This document shows, one piece after another, positions 49,732 to 57,361 of a DNA stretch of 63,293 bases (its first letter is position 1; every line of letters starts with the position of its first letter). The translations under genes were made by a program, and so were the position numbers. A model generated the notes under the pieces. That model saw only the letters and a list, made by a program, of their open reading frames with translations, was not told the origin of the DNA and did not search any database. Source of the DNA: a virus. Where the stretch lies: the UHGV virus genome UHGV-0247968. One strand, given 5' to 3'.

Positions 49732-49947
49732 TCAATCGCTGCCGGAGCCCCAGCCGGAACCGAAGCCGTCACCGGCACCGGCACCGTTACCGGAGCCCCA
49801 GCCGGAACCGAAGCCGTCACCGGCACCGTCACCGGAGCCAGCACCGGCGCCGTTACCGAAGCCATCGCTCCAGCCGGAGCCGTCGCCGGAATCGTCAAAA
49901 TTATTCAGCAGCGGCAACTTCAGCCCCCTTGATGCTTTCCATCGCAT
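49732..49947 (-). CDS. small Gly/Asp/Trp-rich tandem-repeat protein, overlapping the 3' end of the upstream gene in another frame
   Basis: AAGGGGG RBS 5 nt before the ATG. (GDGFGSGWGSGNGAGA)x2-like repeats encoded by ~48-bp DNA tandem repeats at 49740-49900. Confidence 0.35.
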   Translation of the reverse strand: MRWKASRGLKLPLLNNFDDSGDGSGWSDGFGNGAGAGSGDGAGDGFGSGWGSGNGAGAGDGFGSGWGSGSD

Positions 49948-50302
49948 CCCCCTTGATGGGGATAATCTCGATGGCCTCCAGCCACACCCGGTCTACAGCG
50001 GCAGCGATTTTGCTTCTTCTCCGGTCAATACCGTATGCCACGACGCCGGACAGCGAGATGCTCTTCTCGCATTGCCAGGACCACATGCGGCGAGCTTCAG
50101 TGAGGATGACCTCCTTCCCCGCCTTCCTGTACAGCTTGCCGAACCAGACCCCTGCGGAATAGGTGCGGATGATGACGTACTCACCGATGGCGAAATCGTC
50201 CAGGTCGGCTATGGAAATAGCCGGAGCTGCGGCGAGGTGGCCGCCAAAAAGTTTGGAAAGTTCGTCAGCCTTACCCTCGATGCTGATTTTTTCGTCGCTC
50301 AT
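49901..50302 (-). CDS. hypothetical protein
   Basis: Internal ATG at 50302 after AAAAAGGAGAG. Confidence 0.4.
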   Translation of the reverse strand: MSDEKISIEGKADELSKLFGGHLAAAPAISIADLDDFAIGEYVIIRTYSAGVWFGKLYRKAGKEVILTEARRMWSWQCEKSISLSGVVAYGIDRRRSKIAAAVDRVWLEAIEIIPIKGDAMESIKGAEVAAAE

Positions 50303-50679
50303 TTGCTCTCCTTTTTTGAGTTTGTCCGCAGACAACCCCTTCCTGCTGCCCAGGGCCTATGCACTAGTTCCCATACATGCCTGAACGCTATTCCCCCGCA
50401 AACCGGGCATTTTCCTATAGGCCCTTCGAAGCCACAGTCAGGACACTTTCCAAGTACATCCTGCCCGCTGGCATCCTGCTTAACCTCTTGGCGAACGTCG
50501 TATACTGCGCCCGTCTTCAAATCGAGAATGCCGCCTTTCCAGTCGCCGCAGTATTCATACTCACGACAAAAACAGAGTCGGTGCCAGAACGGATGGAAGT
50601 TCCCGCACGGTTGTTTCCTGTACAGTCCGGGGATACGGACAAGGATACGCTGGAACCAGGAACCTGCTGCACTACTCAT
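50299..50679 (-). CDS. zinc-ribbon protein
   Basis: ATG at 50679 after GGGAGAGG. Contains CGNFHPFWHRLCFC...C and KCPDCGFEGPIGKCPVCG. Confidence 0.45.
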   Translation of the reverse strand: MSSAAGSWFQRILVRIPGLYRKQPCGNFHPFWHRLCFCREYEYCGDWKGGILDLKTGAVYDVRQEVKQDASGQDVLGKCPDCGFEGPIGKCPVCGGIAFRHVWELVHRPWAAGRGCLRTNSKKESK

Positions 50680-50699
50680 TTGAACCTCTCCCACATACC

Positions 50700-51287
50700 C
50701 TATTCCTCACTCGGGGAGGCCGAAGGGCCGTAAGCCTCGGCTCTCCAGGCTTCATAAATCGTGCGCTGCTCAGTCGTAAGGTCAGCCACGTCGAGTTTTT
50801 TGACGTACCGGTAAGCCGCCGGAGAGAAATCGACGATGGTCCCCGAACCGATAAAGTCTCTCCTGGCCCCGCATTCGTAGATGATATGGAACGGGTATAT
50901 GGCGTCACTATGGGAGAAATACTGCGCAATACCAAATCTCCCGCCATTCCAACCTGTCTCACCAGGAAGGAAGTCAGAGCAGAGCACCGGAGTCCCGACA
51001 ACGAACCACGGTTCGCGACTGCGAGTCCACCCCTCAACATCGGCAGCCGAGAACGTCGGCGCGAGGGCGACGGTGCCAACGAGCTCGGCAGTAAGGGACG
51101 TGTACGGGACGATTTCCTTGAACACCTCCCTGCTCCCGACCAGCAAGTAACCCACAGAGCCGTCAGGCTGCGTCACAGTCCTGGAGTAGAACCCGGGCTC
51201 CCAAAATTCCAAATTACCGTTACGAGCCAGAACACGGTCAAACGTCGTGTACTTCCAGTTCGCGTAGATGCTCACCTTCTTATCCAT
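50700..51287 (-). CDS. hypothetical protein
   Basis: ATG at 51287 after AGGGGG. Confidence 0.4.
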   Translation of the reverse strand: MDKKVSIYANWKYTTFDRVLARNGNLEFWEPGFYSRTVTQPDGSVGYLLVGSREVFKEIVPYTSLTAELVGTVALAPTFSAADVEGWTRSREPWFVVGTPVLCSDFLPGETGWNGGRFGIAQYFSHSDAIYPFHIIYECGARRDFIGSGTIVDFSPAAYRYVKKLDVADLTTEQRTIYEAWRAEAYGPSASPSEE

Positions 51288-51306
51288 TTTTCTACCCCCT
51301 ATCCAC

Positions 51307-51675
51307 TTACGCTCGCTTGTCCTTGTACCCAAGCAAAGTATCGAGCGACTCATGTACCACGATACCGTAGCCACGCAGCAAGTCCCGCATCGGAGGCCAC
51401 CAAACAGGCGTTGCGTCCGTATCAGACCGATGTATGAGAAAGACCTCATCGGCATCCGTTATACGGTTGAGCATGTCGGCCAGAAGCTCCAACTGCTTTT
51501 TGCGATTCTCGGTGCAAAGTTTTGTCGTATCTGCATTGATGAACAGTCTGTCCACCTTATGCCCGAGACTACCAAGAATAGTGGACAACAGACCGACCTT
51601 CTTTTCAAACTGCTGCCCGACAGTAGACAGCGTATAAAATTTGAAATCAAGCGGGACGATGATGAAGATTCTCAT
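51307..51675 (-). CDS. Rossmann-like protein resembling nucleoside 2-deoxyribosyltransferase / DUF4406 (paralog of 52309..52659)
   Basis: MRIFIIVPLD... LGHKV ... DADEVFLI ... YGIVVHE has the same topology as the 52309 gene product. Confidence 0.35.
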   Translation of the reverse strand: MRIFIIVPLDFKFYTLSTVGQQFEKKVGLLSTILGSLGHKVDRLFINADTTKLCTENRKKQLELLADMLNRITDADEVFLIHRSDTDATPVWWPPMRDLLRGYGIVVHESLDTLLGYKDKRA

Positions 51676-51836
51676 ATTTCTTCTACCTCGAAGTCGAAGT
51701 CCATACTGGAAGCTCTGTACTGCAAATATTTTTCGGCAGCGAAATCTTTAGCCATGTCTTCACTTTCGGCTTCAATTTCATACTCTTCTTCGTTGAGAAT
51801 AGAGTTCGGAGAAATGAGAACTTTGTACTTAGGCAT
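51672..51836 (-). CDS. small acidic protein (54 aa), paralog of 52662..52865
   Basis: Not in the ORF table. Overlaps the upstream membrane-protein gene by 8 nt (ATGCCTAA) and the downstream gene via ATGA. YEIEAESEDMAKDFAAEKY aligns with YIIEAENYEEAFAKARDM. Confidence 0.45.
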   Translation of the reverse strand: MPKYKVLISPNSILNEEEYEIEAESEDMAKDFAAEKYLQYRASSMDFDFEVEEI

Positions 51837-52308
51837 CAGTCTTTCGACTCCATCTTAAAAGATTCCCATATTTTACCGTCTCAGACACGACCATAGCGAC
51901 AACGAAAAGCGTTCCGGTCATAAGCACTGATATTACAGCAGACAAGAAAGTCTTGACGGAAAAACCAGGGTAGACGAAGAAATCATAACTGAAAGAAATA
52001 GCGAACCAAAAATTCCAAAGCATCAGCACGATGCTGAAGAAAAGCAGTCCGGTGAATGCGTCATATTCATCCACCCTGTCGAATGTCCAAGACATGACAT
52101 CATCCACCTTGTCATCAAACCTGTCACACAGGTCGAACATGACCTCAGCAATCTTGCGAAGACTGTCCGCCAAGAATTTAAGGTAAATGACGAAAATCAT
52201 GCCCAGTACACAGCACCACATCAACAGACTATGCACTACGCTGTTATTGCGTCCACAAGCAGCGAACACAGTAGAAAGCATATTTCTGATTGTAGCAGTA
52301 AATGTCAT
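51829..52308 (-). CDS. polytopic membrane protein (4-5 TM helices)
   Basis: Hydrophobic helices. GGGAGA RBS. AT-rich local composition. Confidence 0.5.
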   Translation of the reverse strand: MTFTATIRNMLSTVFAACGRNNSVVHSLLMWCCVLGMIFVIYLKFLADSLRKIAEVMFDLCDRFDDKVDDVMSWTFDRVDEYDAFTGLLFFSIVLMLWNFWFAISFSYDFFVYPGFSVKTFLSAVISVLMTGTLFVVAMVVSETVKYGNLLRWSRKTDA

Positions 52309-52659
52309 CTACATATTCTCCCGCAAACCCAGATAACAGAGACGACGCAAACCCTCTTCCCCATACAACACAGGGATACCGTAAGAACCGGCGCAATGGA
52401 TTTCCGCCTCACATCCCCTGGGCAGTTTCGTGTTCCGGTCACGCTCTCCGATATAGAGCAGTGCGTCGCAACGGGAGAGGATTTTAAGCGATTCCCCCAG
52501 GCACCACAGTGCCTCATTCACACTCTCGGGTGGAACGTCGATGTAACTGTCCTCGACCACATGCCCGACCTTTTCCAACAGCCTACAAGCAAGGGCCCGG
52601 TCCGCGTAGATTTCTTCCTTCGTCTTGCCCTTCATGGGCTGGCTGATGAACACACGCAT
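52309..52659 (-). CDS. DUF4406 / nucleoside 2-deoxyribosyltransferase-like (Rcl/DNPH1-type fold) protein
   Basis: MRVFISQPMKGK... GHVVE ... CDALLYIGERD ... RGCEAEIHCAGSYGIPVLYG fits the MKIYIAGPM...W..S.G...E...A...G.PV pattern. Confidence 0.45.
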   Translation of the reverse strand: MRVFISQPMKGKTKEEIYADRALACRLLEKVGHVVEDSYIDVPPESVNEALWCLGESLKILSRCDALLYIGERDRNTKLPRGCEAEIHCAGSYGIPVLYGEEGLRRLCYLGLRENM

Positions 52660-52661
52660 GG

Positions 52662-52865
52662 CTAGTACCTCTCCTGATATTCTCCATCGACAAAGTCAGC
52701 TTCACTGACACTACGCGCTTCCATGTCGATGTCATCGTCATCAAGACGCTTCCATTCGTCAGGCAGCATATCACGAGCCTTGGCGAATGCTTCCTCATAA
52801 TTTTCGGCCTCGATGATATATGTCTTCGGGCCTGCCATAACCTTGACTGCGAATTTCCAACTCAT
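52662..52865 (-). CDS. small acidic protein (67 aa)
   Basis: ATGA overlap with the upstream 2-TM protein gene. Paralogous to the 51672..51836 product. Confidence 0.45.
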   Translation of the reverse strand: MSWKFAVKVMAGPKTYIIEAENYEEAFAKARDMLPDEWKRLDDDDIDMEARSVSEADFVDGEYQERY

Positions 52866-53083
52866 CGTAACATACTCCTTACTAGCAGCAGCAACCTGTT
52901 CTCCAGGAGGTCGGAGATTATGACCACGAGCCATATCAGCATCAGGATGATGCGAACAGCGGCCCCAGCCTGGACCCACCCCGGTGCAGTGGACAGCGTA
53001 TACATCAGACCGAACACATCGGTCACGACACCGAAAACAACGAGAGCGACGGCAAAGGCCACTATCCAGTACACACGAGACAT
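52862..53083 (-). CDS. small membrane protein (2 TM helices)
   Basis: Two strongly hydrophobic segments. Confidence 0.5.
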   Translation of the reverse strand: MSRVYWIVAFAVALVVFGVVTDVFGLMYTLSTAPGWVQAGAAVRIILMLIWLVVIISDLLENRLLLLVRSMLR

Positions 53084-53086
53084 GGA

Positions 53087-53725
53087 TTAACTCTTCCCGG
53101 AAAGTGTTTCATCAGAAGAGGATTCCACCGTAGTGTCGACCCTGTTGAAAGGATACCGCCAGGGCAGCAGTTCGGGGTGGCCCAGAGCAGGGAAAATGGC
53201 GTCAAGGAAAAATTTCCACTCAGGGAGCTTGTGGTTATCGCGCTGCAAGATGATGTTCTTCAGGACAGCATAGTTCCCCGTCCAGATGCGACGCTGCAAC
53301 CAGCTCTGCGGGAGACAGGCGTTGAGCCTGCTGAAATCCCCGTCCTGCCGCAAATCTTCCAGAAAGTTGACATAGTAATCAGGAACATGCCTGGATTCGA
53401 AGCAATACTTCGTAACAGGCTTCTTCATCAGCGTGTGCATCGTGGACTCGGACTGGGCCACGGTGGACACCTTGTAGGTGTCCATCTGCTTCCACCAGTA
53501 CAGCGGCGCCGTGATGTCGAGGATGACACCAATCTGCCGCAGAAACTTGTCGTGTCCACCGGCGCCGTACAGCGCGAGCTGCGGCGCCAGTTCGCACAGC
53601 CTGGCCCATTCATCGTGCTGCTTGGCCTCTTCGGGCGTCGCATACCCGGACACCTTCCCATACGACAACCCGATACCGAACAGGGCCTCTTCGTACCCAA
53701 ACTCTTTCATCAGCCGAACACGCAT
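53087..53725 (-). CDS. ThyX-family (flavin-dependent thymidylate synthase-like) protein with non-canonical active-site motif
   Basis: GHDKFLRQIGVILDITAPLYWWKQM aligns with the ThyX [25 protein letters not shown] region. RIWTGNYAVLKNIILQRDNHKLPEW aligns with the ThyX C-terminal ...TGNYR.W..FI..R...HA..EI motif. Canonical RHR(x7)S is replaced by TYK(x7)E. Confidence 0.45.
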   Translation of the reverse strand: MRVRLMKEFGYEEALFGIGLSYGKVSGYATPEEAKQHDEWARLCELAPQLALYGAGGHDKFLRQIGVILDITAPLYWWKQMDTYKVSTVAQSESTMHTLMKKPVTKYCFESRHVPDYYVNFLEDLRQDGDFSRLNACLPQSWLQRRIWTGNYAVLKNIILQRDNHKLPEWKFFLDAIFPALGHPELLPWRYPFNRVDTTVESSSDETLSGKS

Positions 53726-53726
53726 A

Positions 53727-54023
53727 TCACATATCCTTCTTGAGCCACGCCGCCAGCGCAGCTTCTCCATCTGGTGTCAAAAGATAATATCCCCGCACAT
53801 TGCCGCGATGCCTCGGCAGCCCGATACGCATGAGGAACCCCTTGCCGCACAGCTTGTTGGCTATCCCGCAGGCACGCATGGCAATACCCTGACGATACCG
53901 CGCGGAAGGTTTCCTGGGCGGTAACGACGCGAATGCCCTGAGACCAAGCACATAGCCGAACGCATGACCCCTCGGCAGGTCGGCCACCGCCTTCAGGATG
54001 CGGTATTCCGCAAGTGTCAGCAT
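53727..54023 (-). CDS. winged-helix DNA-binding protein (MarR/PadR-like)
   Basis: YRILKAV...GYVLGL...RGYYLLTPDGEAAL. GGGAGG RBS. 1-nt TGATG coupling with the dUTPase gene. Confidence 0.45.
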   Translation of the reverse strand: MLTLAEYRILKAVADLPRGHAFGYVLGLRAFASLPPRKPSARYRQGIAMRACGIANKLCGKGFLMRIGLPRHRGNVRGYYLLTPDGEAALAAWLKKDM

Positions 54024-54538
54024 CAGTCACCTCCCGTGGACCCGAAGCCCTTCGTTTCCCTGTAGGTGTGCGACAATTCCTCGACCACGGCGAACTCGAC
54101 GTCGATGCTGAGACCCTTGTTGATGTCCGCGACCACGAGCGCCGGGGCCATGATGGTCGGCACGATGATGAGCTGCGCCACCCTCTGGCCCTCATAGTAG
54201 GCCACAGTGGGCTTGCGCAGGAGCGACGCGGCGCCTCTGGCCTGCACACTGTCCGCTTTGCGGAACAGCACCTTCACCGTGCCCCGGTAGTCAGGGTCGA
54301 TGACCTGGACACCGCTGCCCATCATCTCCAGACCTGAACACACGACAGAGCTGCGGGCCACGAGCAGACCGGCGAACCCTGCGGGCAACTCCATCTCCAC
54401 ACCGGTGTCGAAACAATAAACCCCGTTCCGCCGCGTGAGCTTCGCCCCCCAAAGGTCGAACCCCACGGCACCGCCGCTCATGCGACACGGCACCTTCGCC
54501 CCGGCGAGCGTGAGCTTACACGGGATGATGACAGCCAT
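54023..54538 (-). CDS. dut: dUTP diphosphatase (dUTPase)
   Basis: Motifs GAVGFDL, RSS, GVQVIDPDYRG and RGxxGFGSTG. ATG at 54538 after AAGGAGG. Confidence 0.85.
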   Translation of the reverse strand: MAVIIPCKLTLAGAKVPCRMSGGAVGFDLWGAKLTRRNGVYCFDTGVEMELPAGFAGLLVARSSVVCSGLEMMGSGVQVIDPDYRGTVKVLFRKADSVQARGAASLLRKPTVAYYEGQRVAQLIIVPTIMAPALVVADINKGLSIDVEFAVVEELSHTYRETKGFGSTGGD

Positions 54539-54590
54539 ATCTTCCTCCTTGTTATGATGTATAGTAAAGCATAGTAAGTCGCAAAGGTCA

Positions 54591-54626
54591 ATAAAAAACC
54601 CTCCCGCGTGTCGGAGAACGGGAGGG
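54591..54626 (-). terminator. intrinsic terminator on the - strand (ccctcccg-ttctccgacac-gcgggaggg + TTTTTTATT), at or near the IS right end
   Basis: Read directly. Separates the TnpB region from the dut promoter-like sequence TTGACC-17-TTTACT. Confidence 0.6.
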
Positions 54627-54639
54627 TTCTGAGAGGTGT

Positions 54640-54830
54640 GGCTCACCAGGAACGCATGACTGATGCTCCACAGGAATGTATCCGGTCCCTGCAACACCCC
54701 GGGCGTATCACCCTAGTTTCACCCGGGACATCGTTCAGGCAGTTTTGGTTGTACCCCAGGAGCGCGCCATAGTCAACATTGACATCCTCCCCCGCCTAAA
54801 GTCGGGGGATTCCTATCGGTAGCGGCTCTA
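54640..54830 (-). ncRNA. putative TnpB-associated omegaRNA / right-end RNA
   Basis: By analogy with IS605-family elements the guide RNA overlaps the tnpB 3' end and extends to the right end. Strong secondary structure is visible (ggaggatgtc..., cccgggtgaaactagggtga...). Not verified. Confidence 0.3.
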
Positions 54831-56030
54831 ACGAGCCGCGCCACAGGCGGGTTCCTGCTTCGACGCGGGCGCTTGAGCCCTTCCCGCTCCACAGGCTGTC
54901 ACGGCCTGCCCGGCCGCCAGAATGTTCAACGCCGCATTATGGTCAGCGTTGCATTCAAATCCGCAGGCCGTACAGCTGAATTTCGCCTGCGTTGGTCTGT
55001 TTGCCCTGTCTACGCATCCGCAATGGCTGCATGTCTGACTGGTATACTGCGGTGGAATGACAATCAGCACACCTCCCAGCCATTTCAACTTGTACTCAAG
55101 CTGTCTGCGGAACTCATACCAGCCCTGATCCAGTATGGACTTGTTTAATCCTGCCTTTGCCCGCACATTTTTCCCCGGTGCTTCAAGCGTACCGGAAGCC
55201 GAACGCGACATATTCCGCACTTTCAAATCTTCAATCACGACAAGAGCGTGGTTTTTGCTGATTATCGTGGTTGTCTTGTGCAGAAAATCGTTGCGTACAT
55301 TGGCTATTGTACGGTGCAGGCGCTGGATTTTGGCTTTGAGCTTCTGCCAGTTGGCGGAAAACTTCACTCGTTTTGCCAACTTCCGCTGCAGCTTTGCCAG
55401 CTTCTTTTCATGCTTGCGGAAACTGTGCAGTGGTCTGATAGAAGAGCCATCGGAAAACGTCGCAAAACGGGCAATGCCCATATCTATGCCGACGACACTT
55501 TGCGAAGGATGCACAGGTTCTGGAACTTCCCGTTCCGTCTGAATGGAGACGTACCACTTTCCAGCGGAAAGAGAGACTGTCACCTGTTTCGGCGTTCCCT
55601 CTATTTTGCGGCTGTTGCGGTAGCGTATCCACCCGATTTTGGGAAGGAATATGCGGTCGTTCCTCTCGTCCAGCTTGAAACCCTGCGGATAGCGGAAGGC
55701 GTCATGAACCCCCTTTCTCTTGAAACGCGGGAAATTCGCACGCTTCGCAAAAAAGTTTTTGTAGGCCCTATCGAGATCTTTCAACGCTTGTTGCAGAATT
55801 TGAGAATGGGCTTCAGCAAGAAAAGATGTGTCGTTTTCCTTCTTCCAGTCCCGAAGGGCTTCGCAGAGCAAGGAAAACCCCAGACGCTTCCCTTCCTTTT
55901 CATAGGTCTCTTTTTCCAATGCAAGCGCCTTGTTCCAAAGGAAACGACAACAGCCGGCAAAGCGCCGCATGAGGCTTTCCTGCCCGGTTTTGGGGCGGAG
56001 CTGAAACTTATAGGCTTGCAATCTTTCCAT
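54828..56030 (-). CDS. tnpB: TnpB (IS605 OrfB-type RNA-guided nuclease)
   Basis: MERLQAYKFQLRPK start. RuvC-like motifs GIDMG, VVIEDLK, NADHNAALNI. Zinc finger CSHCGC...CTACGFEC. Confidence 0.85.
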   Translation of the reverse strand: MERLQAYKFQLRPKTGQESLMRRFAGCCRFLWNKALALEKETYEKEGKRLGFSLLCEALRDWKKENDTSFLAEAHSQILQQALKDLDRAYKNFFAKRANFPRFKRKGVHDAFRYPQGFKLDERNDRIFLPKIGWIRYRNSRKIEGTPKQVTVSLSAGKWYVSIQTEREVPEPVHPSQSVVGIDMGIARFATFSDGSSIRPLHSFRKHEKKLAKLQRKLAKRVKFSANWQKLKAKIQRLHRTIANVRNDFLHKTTTIISKNHALVVIEDLKVRNMSRSASGTLEAPGKNVRAKAGLNKSILDQGWYEFRRQLEYKLKWLGGVLIVIPPQYTSQTCSHCGCVDRANRPTQAKFSCTACGFECNADHNAALNILAAGQAVTACGAGRAQAPASKQEPACGAAR

Positions 56031-56303
56031 AGGTTCCAGTCTATCGCAGCACAAACGAAAAGGCAAAAATTCCAGTTAAGGTGCGCCTTATATCCCCGCC
56101 CTGAAGGGCGAGGCTTTACGGCGCGCTGGGTAAAATCTGGTGCCCCGCCCCATCAGCTCAACCGCAGGCGGTATGGGGCGGGGACTTTCAAGTTTGGCGT
56201 TCCAGGGTTGGCGTCCGGTCGCGTACCCCAGAAACACATCGGGTGTGCAGTCACCCGACAGCAAACTGTACAAAACGTCACGTCGTCTTGCTGTTGGCTG
56301 AAC

Positions 56304-56975
56304 CTACTTGGAAGACGCTCCGGTGTCAAGAGCTTTCGGGGCCAGGGCCAAAATCTTGTGCATGGCCTGCCGCAAATACTCAGCTTCCCACTCAGCATCG
56401 TGCAGGGCGTGGTGCGCGACACCGGTATCGGGGACCTCGACGGTGATACCGAGGGACTTCGCCATGAGCTCCACGGTTCTGAGCGACTGGTTGTTCCGGT
56501 AGGTCCACACCTTCGACAAGAAATCGGAATCATCATAGCACGCAATCGCGTCACGCCAGATGACATTATCGAACTCCGGTCCCTTCCCCCAGAACTGCAC
56601 ATCGGTACCGGACCGAACAGCAGAGTACGACATGACCCAGCGCACAAAATGCCGCGCGGCAAAATACAGGGAGACGGCATCGTTGTCGTCGAACACGGCT
56701 TCCCGTGCAGCAGGACTGGTCTTCATGGCCCACCACCGCACCGTATCATAATCCATGATACGGCCCGGCTGGTTGTCACCACGAACAGTACAATAGAACC
56801 TGCCGATGACTTCATAGTGTTCGTCGAGGGCCACGGCACCGATGGCTACGATGACAGGTCTGAGACCAAGCCCGAGCGTTTCGAGGTCGATGACCACATG
56901 CAACAGGGTGCGGTCCCGCCCCTGGATGTTTTCCTGCACACGATACATTTCGGTGCCACATTCTTCTTTATCCAT
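56304..56975 (-). CDS. DEDDh-family 3'-5' exonuclease (DnaQ-like)
   Basis: Exo I VIDLETLGL; Exo III HHALHDAEWEAEYL. ATG at 56975 after GGGAGG. The table ORF extends upstream without an RBS. Confidence 0.75.
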   Translation of the reverse strand: MDKEECGTEMYRVQENIQGRDRTLLHVVIDLETLGLGLRPVIVAIGAVALDEHYEVIGRFYCTVRGDNQPGRIMDYDTVRWWAMKTSPAAREAVFDDNDAVSLYFAARHFVRWVMSYSAVRSGTDVQFWGKGPEFDNVIWRDAIACYDDSDFLSKVWTYRNNQSLRTVELMAKSLGITVEVPDTGVAHHALHDAEWEAEYLRQAMHKILALAPKALDTGASSK

Positions 56976-57002
56976 ATATACCTCCCGTATGTATAGAGCT
57001 GT

Positions 57003-57031
57003 GTATAACAACACGCACAGAAAATAGCAAC
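57003..57031 (-). promoter_or_regulatory. possible promoter for the - strand operon (TTGCTA-17-TATACA on the - strand) in an AT-rich stretch
   Basis: Divergent intergenic region 56976-57587. Confidence 0.3.
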
Positions 57032-57302
57032 ACGAAAAGTAAAATACAAAATTTTTCAGGTAAGTGAAAAGATATTCGAGTGTGGGGCCTGTCCAGATGG
57101 GGTGGGGTAGTGATGCATAGTGGGAGAATTTCGAAGGTGGAGAAGGTTGTGAGCGCAGCACAGAATGTACGTTTTCTCTACGGGTCGACGGAACCGCCGT
57201 CCAAACCCACCTGGCCCTCGCCGAACGCGCTGCCGCCCTCGCGCCCAGGTCCCCGCCTAAGTATCTGAAATCATTGAACTTTTCGATATACAAAATACGT
57301 TA

Positions 57303-57361
57303 TTGACAGCCCCCCTTACATGTGACACTATTACCTTAACAGGTTGAGATAATACCTTAAC
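57303..57361 (+). promoter_or_regulatory. TTGACA-17-CACTAT promoter-like element followed by two direct TACCTTAAC repeats spaced 21 bp apart (operator-like)
   Basis: TTGACA at 57303-57308. Repeats at 57332-57340 and 57353-57361. Upstream of the + strand 57588 gene. Confidence 0.35.

Larger units (their letters stand above)
54590..56300 (-). mobile_element. IS200/IS605-family element of the TnpB-only (IS1341-like) type
   Basis: Full-length tnpB flanked by hairpin-rich ends. Left-end side 56031-56300 has CCCCGCCC motifs and the hairpin ccccgccccat/atggggcgggg. Right-end side 54590-54830 has multiple GC hairpins. Inserted between the exonuclease and dut genes. Boundaries are approximate. Confidence 0.55.

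Noticed and set aside
49901-49947. Programmed +1 frameshift fusing the 49901..50302 protein to the Gly-rich repeat ORF (duplicated ATCAAGGGGG near the overlap)
   Set aside because: The Gly-rich ORF has its own well-placed RBS and ATG. +1 frameshifting here is speculative with no supporting slippery/stop context.
56976-57293. N-terminal 106-aa extension of the exonuclease ORF (table start 57293)
   Set aside because: The extension is hydrophobic and low-complexity and lacks an RBS, whereas the internal ATG at 56975 follows GGGAGG and begins right at the Exo I motif region.
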